Origin: Bilabrum cf. latius
Lineage: Eukaryota
Assembly: GCA_965178125.1 (NCBI GenBank)
Contig: CBCXTV010000001.1
Location: 1 to 64,000, forward strand
Reading direction: 5' to 3'
DNA length: 64,000 nucleotides
Within the stretch, counting starts at the first letter, position 1, and every line of letters starts with the position of its first letter. Shown in pieces: positions 9,528-19,640 of this stretch. Both the position numbers and the translations under genes were made by a program. Under the pieces are notes generated by a model that was not told the DNA's origin, made no database searches, and worked only from the letters and a program-made list of their open reading frames with translations.

Positions 9528-11245
9528 ACCTGGCCGCTTGGCTTGGCCGGACCCCCGCCCGCCCTCCGCCGGCAGCTCCTCCCGTCCGTCCCTATGGAGG
9601 CAGATCCGCGTACCCATGCTGCGGCGGGATCCTGACACAATCCGCTCCTCTTAGTGTGTGGCCGTGGGGCATGAGTGGAGCAGCATCGGGCCCTCACCAG
9701 CCGTGGAACGGAAGCAGCTCTCCGTGCGGCAGCTGTGCGATGCACAGACCTCGTCCCAAAGATACGGATCCATTTTGCCGTCTTCCCGCGCATACTGCAT
9801 CGCTCTGCAAAACTGCATTGCGCAGTGGATCCCCGAGCGTCGACTGCCAATAGCAGGCGGCCTCGCAAGGCCTTCATGGACGCAGGATTTGGGCTTCTTC
9901 ATCGTAAATTTGGGGTCTGCTCAGCGCGCGAAAATTCCAACGCTTCAAAATGATCCGGACGTCGCGAGAAGGGAACTCGTTGCTTGCTCACCTGTGCGGA
10001 GGGGTTGGATGCCCGATGTGCTAAAGAGAGGATACTGTCCGTCGGCGTTCTCTCTTCACCTTGTGCGGAAGGGTTGGGTGCCTGATTTCAGACAGAGAAG
10101 GTCTCGTCCGTTGGGAGCGCTTAGGAATACTTCCGGATGGGGCGTCCAGACGCGGTCCAGGACCTCCAGCTCGTCGGGGTCAATGTCGCCCGCGCCGTCC
10201 GTGCCTTTGACGCCTCTGGATCGATGATGCCCACGATCTTTGTCATCTCGGACGACACACGTCCCAGCTGCTCTTTGGTAGTGCATTACCTCATTGACCC
10301 CGAAGCGTTGAATATTTAATGAAGACCCTTCGGAAGCTGGCGAAGTTTGTCAGCTTGTCGGAGCGCAGCCTGGGTCCTTGTCAACAAACATGGAGGGTTT
10401 CGGGGCGGATTTCCAGCGTTCCGCCTTGATATCGAGTGCACCTCGAGGTCGGGATCGAAGCGGGGCGGGCGGTTCGTCATCCTCTGTGATACGCTTAGGA
10501 GGCGCCGACTTGATGCCCACCTTGTCCCCCAATCACTCCAGACGTAACTGGGGAACTCTTCCCGTCGTGGGCCGGGTACGCCTCCGAATCCCACGCGAGC
10601 CGTTCCCCACGGCGCACCGATAAGCGCCGCTGCAAGCGTACCAAGAGGGGCGTACCAAGAGGTGCTTCCTTCGCTCGGCAGTGTGGCACTTCAAGCAGTA
10701 GAATGTGCCACTCCCAGCACGTAGGTGGAGTTTGCGAGCTGCCGGCCGACATGCTCGTGTGGTGACCTCCGGCGCACCGATAAGTGCCGCTGCAAGCGCA
10801 CCAATACTACTTCGCTTGGGAGCGAGGCACTTTAAGCAATGCAGTGCGCCGGTTTTCGTGCACGCCCAGTCGCGCGGACGCCGCAGGTGGCTTGGCCGTA
10901 GGATAGAATTAGTGGCGGGTCGGTTTTGCATGTCTTCCCTCTCCTCTTGATATGGTACACAAAGGCAAGAGCCTGACGATGCAGACGGAACTCCTGGATT
11001 TCACCGCCACATTCCTAGTCAAGACAGCCCTCGACTAAACAGACGCCGAGTTATCTTGAGCAGCATCCCACGACGCAGTGATGTGGACGGCAAGGGTGAT
11101 GCCATGCTTTCCGGGCCTCCCATGTGACCGCTTTTTGCGTACCGAAACACTTTCCGGGGTCGACGCCCCGGCGGAACACGCCGGCGCGGCGGCAAGCGTC
11201 GATGTTGCGGGCGGCCCAGCCATGAGGTACATGATCAAGTACACG

Positions 11246-12029
11246 GAAAGCACGCAGAGCGTCGTCAATCCGTTCGTGAGCCGCGAGTTCCAAAAGGTCT
11301 TCGAGACATCCGCCCGGAAAGCACGCAGAGCATCGTCAATCCGTTCGTGAGCCGCGAGTTCCAGAAGGTCTTCGAGCACATCCCCCCGGAAAGCACGCAG
11401 AGCATCGTCAATCCGTTCGTGAGCCGCGAATTCCAGAAGGTCTTCGAGCACATCCCCCCGGAAAGCACGCAGAGCATCGTCAATCCGTTCGTGAGCCGCG
11501 AATTCCAAAAGGTCTTCGAGCACATCCCCCGGATGATGTCGAGCATGCGGACGCCCTGCTCCGGATGATGTCGGCCATGCGGACGCTCTTCCCAGACCTT
11601 GCGCGGCAGCGGGACGAAAATGGAGCTCTCCCTGCACCGCAAGCACGCCGGAAACCTGGTGCACTTCCACGTGTGCATGACGGACTCCGAGAGGTCGCAT
11701 CGTTGTCGCGTGGCGGAGGATTTCATTTGGGCCGGCAGCAGGCCGAATGTCGTGTACGGCTTTAAGGTACCGAACCGGAACTCCCGGCAGCAGCGCAGGC
11801 GGAGACATCCGCCCGGAAAGCACGCAGAGCATCGTCAATCCGTTCGTGAGCCGCGAGTTCCAGAAGGTCTTCGAGCACATCCCCCCGGAAAGCACGCAGA
11901 GCATCGTCAATCCGTTCGTGAGCCGCGAATTCCAGAAGGTCTTCGAGCACATCCCCCCGGAAAGCACGCAGAGCATCGTCAATCCGTTCGTGAGCCGCGA
12001 ATTCCAAAAGGTCTTCGAGCACATCCCCC
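11246..12029 (+). repeat. 72-bp tandem repeat (4 + 3 copies) of a glycosyltransferase-gene segment, inside a 499-bp duplication
   Basis: The unit encodes ESTQSIVNPFVSREFQKVFEHIPP (source ~21852-21920: ESTQCIVDPFVSRQCQKVFEHIPS). The 499-bp duplicate is absent in copy 2 (38443-38727) and present in copy 3 (53151-53934). Confidence 0.93.
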
Positions 12030-12977
12030 GGATGATGTCGAGCATGCGGACGCCCTGCTCCGGATGATGTCGGCCATGCGGACGCTCTTCCCAGACCTTG
12101 CGCGGCAGCGGGACGAAAATGGAGCTCTCCCTGCACCGCAAGCACGCCGGAAACCTGGTGCACTTCCACGTGTGCATGACGGACTCCGAGAGGTCGCATC
12201 GTTGTCGCGTGGCGGAGGATTTCATTTGGGCCGGCAGCAGGCCGAATGTCGTGTACGGCTTTAAGGTACCGAACCGGAGCTCCCGGCAGCAGCGCAGGCG
12301 GCATGCTTGGGGCGGCACGTGGATCTTCGACGACGCCATTACGCTCAGCGATTGCGGGTCGAGGGTGCAGATCGACGCGCCGCAGTCGAAGGTCTTGGCG
12401 ATGGTAATGCCCCGGAAGTCGGGCCAGTGGATTCCTCATAGGCTGCGCTCGCGTACGATCTGGTATTTGGGTGGGGAGCAGTCGGCCGTGATCACCAACC
12501 TCAAGTGCCAGGCCTGCCCCGGAAGTCGGGCCAGGGCATTCTCCGAGTCTCTTTGCCGATGATGTCTGAGGAGAAACCGTCCGAGAGCATTGCTGTTTCC
12601 TTGGGAGACGGCCGCAATCTTCGTGGGCGTCAAGGCGCCGGTAATATGGGAAACGAGGGCGGCATGTTGGCGCGCGAGGTCGACGCCCCGGCGGAGGGGG
12701 GGGGCCGTACGTGCCGTGACAGGTCGCGCCGGAGCCGGCGGAGGAGGCGACATGGACTTGCAACGCGTGCCAGGGCCTAAGCCCCGGTCAGAGTACTTCA
12801 AGAAGTGGAAGGACTGGATCCAACCAGTTTGCCGGGTGTGTTACGACAAGTTCGACAGCGCGACGCCGTGGTGGGTGAGGTGCAAGAACTGCAAAAACGA
12901 GTTTCCGGCGTACCGATTTCCCCAGATCCGCCGGAAGAGGGACGGGCCTCGATCTCGGAAAGGGCGGGAGTCCGTTC

Positions 12978-14300
12978 TTGCATTCGGAATGGGCGGGGAG
13001 TTGCTTTTCCTGGGAGCATGTGCGAGATTCCTTCTCCGCGGGTCCTCTTTCGGCTTCGGCAGTCAGCAGCGCACTCTGCGGGAACGGCATTCTCCGAGTC
13101 TCTTTGCCGATGATGTCTGAGGAGAAACCGTCTGAAAGCATTGCTGTTTCCTTGGGAGACGGCCGCAATCTTCGTGGGCGTCGAGGCGCCGGTGATATGG
13201 GAAACGAGGGCGGCATGTTGGCGCGCGAGGTCGACGCGCCGGCGGAGCACGCCGGCGCGGCGGCAAGCGTCGATGATTCGGGCGGCCCCCACATCGAGAG
13301 CGGCGGCGCGGAGGCGGCGTCCACGGGGATGCTCGGAGAGGAGAGCGGCAAGGCAGCGCCGAAGGAGGACGCCGAAGACGACGGCGGCAAGAAGACGGAG
13401 GAGGAGGATGCTCGCGGCGGTGGACGTGCTGTGGTGCCCGGAGGTAATGACGACGTATGGACCGACGCAGCAGCTTGGAAGGCGGGTGGCGGCGTGGCAG
13501 CCGGGGCGGTCTCTGGCGCTGATAGCTGGGCTCTATGGGGGACCCCTGCGAAGTCGTCATGGGGGGAGACGTACGTGCCGCGGCAGGTCGCGTCGGAGCC
13601 GGCGGAGGAGGCGACATGGACTTGCAACGCGTGCCAGTGCTGCAAGCCCCGGTCGGCGTACTTCAAGAAGTGGAAGGACTGGATCCAACCAGTTTGCCGG
13701 GTGTGTTGCGACAAGTTCGACAACGCGACGCCGTGGTGGGTGTGGTGCAAGAACTGCAAAAACGAGTATCCGGCGTACCGATTTCCCCAGATCCGCCGGA
13801 AGAAGGAGAACTTGCGCTATTTCTTCCCTGAGGACTGGTGCGCGAAGTGCCTGGTTGCGCGTGGCTGGAGTCTCCATGATGTCCGTTCCTCTGCGGGTGA
13901 AGCGAAGCGTTGGGTGCCAAAAGCTGGCGCGAATACCGGTGACGGCGACAACGACGCTCGTGCTCCCGCACGCGACGAGCTTCCTGCAGGAGGCGCCGCC
14001 TCCTGCAGCAACGCCGTGCGTCAGAGTTCTTCGCGTGACGAGGCCTTGGATGACATCAACCGGGCCATGGAGCTTCTCCGGAATGCGGAGAAATTCATCT
14101 CCGCGATGCCATCGTGCATGCAGTGTGCGGTGCAGGACCAGTTGATGCAGGGCATCGTCAAAGACCAGGCCCTCTTGGATATCTTCTCCGGCAAGATAAC
14201 GGACTGGATCAAATACCATCCGGCCACTCTTGGGGCGATCCAATCCTATCGAAACGCATGGCTGTGGGCCGACGGAATGGCTCATGGTTGTCGAGGATGA
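12978..14300 (+). CDS. Chimeric ORF: near-complete ZnF1 fused in frame to ZnF2 and glycosyltransferase fragments
   Basis: 440 aa: ZnF1 sequence, then CMQCAVQDQLMQG (ZnF2), then IVKDQALLDIFSGKITDW (glycosyltransferase). Confidence 0.45.
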   Translation: MHSEWAGSCFSWEHVRDSFSAGPLSASAVSSALCGNGILRVSLPMMSEEKPSESIAVSLGDGRNLRGRRGAGDMGNEGGMLAREVDAPAEHAGAAASVDDSGGPHIESGGAEAASTGMLGEESGKAAPKEDAEDDGGKKTEEEDARGGGRAVVPGGNDDVWTDAAAWKAGGGVAAGAVSGADSWALWGTPAKSSWGETYVPRQVASEPAEEATWTCNACQCCKPRSAYFKKWKDWIQPVCRVCCDKFDNATPWWVWCKNCKNEYPAYRFPQIRRKKENLRYFFPEDWCAKCLVARGWSLHDVRSSAGEAKRWVPKAGANTGDGDNDARAPARDELPAGGAASCSNAVRQSSSRDEALDDINRAMELLRNAEKFISAMPSCMQCAVQDQLMQGIVKDQALLDIFSGKITDWIKYHPATLGAIQSYRNAWLWADGMAHGCRG

Positions 14301-17300
14301 TATCGAACCTCGCGAAGCATGCGTGGATCGGCTACTCGTAGTTCTTCACGCCATCGCGAAACCCCAAGGTGACGCAGATGGCCATGTTAGCGGGGTCAGA
14401 AGCACCGAGAATGGTCAGCCTCCAGCGCGGAAACTCACCTCATGCACAACTGCGAGCGCCTCTTGGACGTGCGGACCTATCCGGCGCACTGGGTAGACAA
14501 CACATTTGTGGTCCCCTTCCACGTGGGCATGGGCCTAAAGTGGTATCTCATCAGCCCGGAGGGGAGGAAGGCGCTCCTGAAGATGCGGATCCCGAACCGA
14601 AGCTTCGAACGCTGCGTCTGGCGCCGCATCTTCGACACGTTCCAAGGGCCGGTATGTAATGTCCGTCGTGATGTCCGTGTGCGCGGCCCTGAGTTGGGGG
14701 GTTGTCTCGTCTGGGAAAAAACAGAGCGCGTGCCCATCTCCTACGAAGACTTGTGCGGTGTTCACGAGCACGCCGGCGAAACCTCGAGTTTTGGCATCAA
14801 GATCGTGTCGCGGCCAGGCTGTACGACGGCGGCAAGAAGACGGAGAAGGAGGATGCTCACGGTATCGCCCTGATCATCTGCACGACTTCGTGGGGCTCCA
14901 TGACGTAACGGCGAGCGAGAACATTGACTGGTGGCGTGGCTGGAGGATCTCGGGAACACACGGCGGGCGAGCCGTTTTTCAAAAGGAGCACGGGTCCTTC
15001 GGGACGCCATTTCACTTACGGCGGGCGAGCCGTTTTCCGAATGGTGCGGGGGTCCTACTGATGCACACGGCGATCGCTGGTTCACTCACGGCGGGCGAGC
15101 CGTTTTCCGAATGGTGCGGAGTCCTCCAGATGACCACGGTGATGGGTGGCAGCATGTCATAGGCGCGCCGTCGGAAGCTTCCCCTTCGAGTGCTGCCTAA
15201 AACTGAGAAACCTGGAGATCCTAGCATCGTATGGAGGCAAGAGGTAACACCTTGGGGTCCGTTCTCCGCTTCAATTCCTGTCCCAAATCCGATTCCCATT
15301 TCGAGACCGAAAAAGGTGACCCGGAAAACGACGGTACTTATTTCTGAACCGTTTTCCGGACGCTTTCCGGGTCTCCCATGTGACCGCTTTTTGCGTACCG
15401 AAACACGTTCCGCGCGTGAGGAGCAGATGCGGATCTCCGCGGGGTCCTATTTGTGTCTTTTTTCGGGGACGAAATCGGGCGCACTTCTCGTGCCGATTTG
15501 TGGTCGTCTCTGAAACCGGCTGCGAGTCGGGAAAGGTGCCCGAGATGCTTGTGTCCTTGGCTTCGTATTTCTCCGCATATTCTTCAAACGCGGGCGGCAG
15601 TGGCTCCTGCGCGGGAGCTTCCCGAGTGGGTCCGTCGTGCAGTGCGCTGGGTAGGTCCGCAGGTCAAGGAGGCGCTCGCAGTTATAGACGTAGGTGGAGT
15701 TTGCGAGCTGCCGGCCGACATGCTCATGTGGTGACCGGAGGTCACCACATGAGCATGTCGGCCGGCAGCTCGCAAACCCCACCTGCGTCTATAACTGCGA
15801 ACGCCTCCTTGACCTGCGGACCTACCCAGCGCACTGAGCAGACAACGCATTTGTGGTCCCCCTCCACGTCGGCATGGGCTTGAAGTGGTACCTCAGGAGG
15901 ATTTCACTTGCGCCGGCCCCCAGGATTTCGCCAAAAATGGCCGATCCGCACAAGGAATTTAAGTTGCGGCGACACAGCTCGGACCCTGGCTTTTTTTTGG
16001 CTGTTTCGGGGCCCCAAGAGGGCTCCCGGCCCCAAAAAGGGCAAAACGCGAGGTTGTGGTGGAAAAAATGGGCCCCAAGGAGTCTCCAAACGACGCAAAA
16101 CGCCACGTTGTGGTGGATTTTAGAGCCCCTAAATCGCCCAAAAAAGACGCAAAACGCCACGTGGTGGTGGATTTTAGAGCCCCTAAATCGCCAAAAAAGA
16201 CGCAAAACGCCACGTTGTAGTGGATTTTAGAGCCCCTAAATCGCCCAAAAAAGACGCAAAACGCCACGTTGTGGTGTTTTTTTTGAGCGTTTTCGGGGGG
16301 CTCGGAAGGGGACCCCCCCAGGATTTGGCCAAAAATGGCCGATCCACACAAGGACTTTAAGTTGCGGCGACACAGTTCGGGCCCCGGTTTGTTTTTGCGG
16401 TTTGGGGGCCCCGAGAGGGCTCCCGGCCCCAAAAAGGGCAAAACGCGAGGTTGTGGTGGAAAAATGGGCCCCAGGCAGCCCCAAACGACGCAACACGCCA
16501 CGTTGTGGTGGATTTTAGAGCCCTAAATCGCCCAAAAAAGACGCAAAACGCCACGTTGTCGTGGATTTTAGAGCCCTAAATCGCCCCAAAGAGACGCAAA
16601 ACGCCACGTTGTAGTGGATTTTAGAGCCCCTAAACCGCCCTAAAAAGACGCCAAACGCCACGTTGTGGTGTTTTTTTTGAGCGTTTTGGGGGGGCCCGGA
16701 AGGGGACCCCCCCAGGATTTGGCCCAAAATGGCCGATCCACACAAGGAATTTAAGTTGCGGCGACACAGTTCGGGCCCCGGGGTTTGTTTTGCTGTTTGG
16801 GGGCCCCAAGAGGGCTCCCGGGAGGCCCTAGAGTGGCCCTTCTCCGCTTCAATTCCTGTCCCAAATCCGATTCCCATTTCGAGACCGAAAAAGGTGACCC
16901 GGAAAACGACGGTACTCTCCGTCACTCCATCTGGCGGCGAAAATTGCCTCAGTTTCCGGTCCCCGATTCCGGGCCCAGGGACCCCCGAAATTCCCGATTC
17001 CGCGCAGTGCCGAAAGCTCGACATAAACCACAAACACGACACACAACACAACACGATAGCGCCTCCCCACGCGCGGGATTGGGTCCTTCCGCTCGCTGCA
17101 TGTGAGCTGCAGTGTGTTCTTGCCGGGAATGTCACTGGAAGTCGCGCTGCAGTCTGCTCAGGGCGCCTTATGACCATGAAGGCGTCTCAGCACCCGCGAC
17201 GGCAAGAGGGGGCACGCACGACGTTGCGAAGCACCCGCCCTGGGTGAAGAAACTGCGTATCCACAGGAGTCACGTTCAGGTGCGCGAGAATTGGAAAGGC

Positions 17301-19640
17301 GGGGTAACTGGTGCAGAGGAGCTTGTTCGCAGCGCGGCTTCCACCAGCGCCGCTGACGGTAAGATGCATCGGTCTCGGTACATGAGTCGGCACGGTGTTG
17401 CGTGATTGACTTCACGATGCGGGAGTGTGCAGCCTTCCGCAGCGGGAGAATTGTATCTCCCCACGACCGCCGAAAAAAAAAAGAAGGCTATGCTGGACTC
17501 GTTCCAGGGAAGGCTATGCGATGAGTATCTCTAGGCGCTTTCCGGAAGACCCACCCACTACACGCTGGTCAGCCCTCCCAAGCGGGAGTGAACCGCGGAT
17601 CCGCGGGCCCGTGAGCGCTGCTGCTACGATCATTTCTGCCCGTTTGACTCTCGCCCACTCTTGCCGTGACCAAAGACGCGCAGATCCTTATGACGCATGA
17701 CACCTCGTCGAGGTGTCGAGACTGCCTCACATTCCCGTTACAAAGACCCACAGCACTGCGACAACGAAATCGGTCACGAAGAGAGCAAGAGGCCGCGCAC
17801 CTGAGCATCACAAAAACCCCGAGAGACATAAACAACACCGTCCCGTGAAGTCCCTGCGACGAGGGGATGCTAAGCGGCTCCCACGGCGGCTCCTCTGCGG
17901 GAAAAGCTGCCGCAGACCTCGAGATGGGATGCACATGACTGCGAAGATTGCGGAACTCGTCCGAAGCCGGTCGCACGAGGGTCACAGCGAATGGAGGCAT
18001 ATCTATGAAATAGAGTCTGCGTGCAAAGCAGCATTCCAACGATCGTCCGCATTCTTCCGAGCAAATCCTTGGGAGCACACATCCTGCGGACGACATCTCT
18101 TTTCTATCCACCCCAGCGTACTCCCCGCACACACTTCTCGCGAATGATTGAGAATTCTGTGCGGCACATGTAATATCAGGCTACCATGATACGCGGAATG
18201 GCGTGCTATTGCTCGCACGTTCGTGCGCCCCCTTCCGAATGCGCTTACCACATCACTATGTTCGTCGGCAACCGTATACACCGTAGGGGTCTTCCCTCCG
18301 ACACCAAGCGTACACGACTGGCCGTAATAGCGCAGCGTAGATGTTTCGGACGTCGCCCAGGACAAGTGTCGACGCCCGGTTCGTCACGATCACTACGTGT
18401 GCACTTCACTCACCGCCCTCCAGCCGCTAGACTTCTTTTGGAGCGCGACATCCTACGACGCGCTATGACACGTAGCCGTAAACCGCAGACGGCCTCGCGT
18501 TCACTGCTTGCAGCGCAAGAGCGTGAACAAGAACCGCCCGCGTGGCACACCTTCGCAGGCGCGGAAGACAAAAAGTTCCTTCTAAGCTTGTATTCGGGTC
18601 CGAAAGCCAAATTCCACTTCGGGGTCGAGAAGGGCGACCCGGGAAATCACCGTACGCTCTGTGAATCCATTTCCCGGGGAAAGTCCCCGAGTTCCCGCTA
18701 CCCGGTCCCAGGCCCAGCGACCCAGGAAAGTTCCCGTCCCCCCGCATGCGGAAACCTCCCACGAAGCACGCCCACCTCACGCTTCACACGCAAAAGTCCA
18801 GGAGTCAAATCCATTCCGGACCCAGCAGTTCACCCCCCGTGACGATTGGGAAAGGCTCTTGCACACACCTTCTCGTCCGAGCAGTCTATGGAGCACACAC
18901 CTGTCTTCGTTGCCTTTTCCGGCCAAAAATGCAGGGAGTTCGAAGGGGAAGTAGCAAGCGCGGAAGACCGCTTTCGAAACGCAGGTGCTCAGGGAAAAAC
19001 AACCAGAGCGTCCCTGATCCTCGGCAGAGCCGTCCAGGAGGGACGGGCACGGACGGGCATCGCAGATCTTGCAGCGCCACCATTCGCCGGGATGGGCGAC
19101 CGGACGAGGGCGACCACAAGTACGTAGCGTGCGACGTCCGTCAGTCGCCATGTTGCGCTGATTCGCTTTCGCGGCACGACTTCCAGGGCCGGCCTTACTC
19201 ACTCCTCGGAGTCCGCGTGTGGATTCTCCCCTGCGCATGATCTGCCGCTCTAGATGCTACACAAAGATCCCGCTCGGATGACCCCCTCTGTGCATTCTGC
19301 AAGATTTTACGCGCCTCCATTCAATGCGCGAAGCATGCACCGCAGCAGTCTGAGTCCGGTGACCACCTTCAATAGCGTGGGACAAATTCCGTCCGCGATG
19401 TGCATTCGGGCATGCTCCCCTTTCCGAGTCTCTGTGACCCGTAGTGCGTCCGCGGCCAACGACTCAGGACTCCACGATGGTACGCACGAGTTGCATTCCT
19501 TGCACGAAGCGTGCGGAGAGAAAGCGATGCTCAGACATCGAGGCGCTTGGAGGGTCTGCACGCGACATGCTTCGAGAGGCCATGCAAACATGCGAAACCA
19601 GAACTGAGGTTCCTCATCGTTCCTGCTGTCGAGCGCTCAA

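Larger units (their letters stand above)
11105..14910 (+). pseudogene. Scrambled mosaic of Rep, glycosyltransferase, ZnF1 and ZnF2 gene fragments; also ~38302-41607 and ~53010-56815
   Basis: Consecutive segments match 1727-1771, 2317-2363, 21824-21950, 25901-25936, 26214-26357, 7339-7590, 2036-3178, 7707-7746, 20016-20852 and 27016-27068. Confidence 0.9.
1..15212 (+). repeat. Block A, copy 1 (~15.2-kb tandem unit)
   Basis: The window start tggagatcctagcatcg recurs at 15213, 41910 and 57118; ORF sets recur at constant offsets. Confidence 0.97.

Noticed and set aside
11246-12029. CRISPR-like appearance of the 72-bp repeats (and the 54-bp repeats at 880-1460)
   Set aside because: Units are head-to-tail with no unique spacers; no cas genes recognised.
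16915-19640. Possible capsid or other genes in the left part of B (e.g. 17569-18132 minus, 18186-18842 plus)
   Set aside because: No recognisable domain or convincing coding signal; cannot be called without a profile search.
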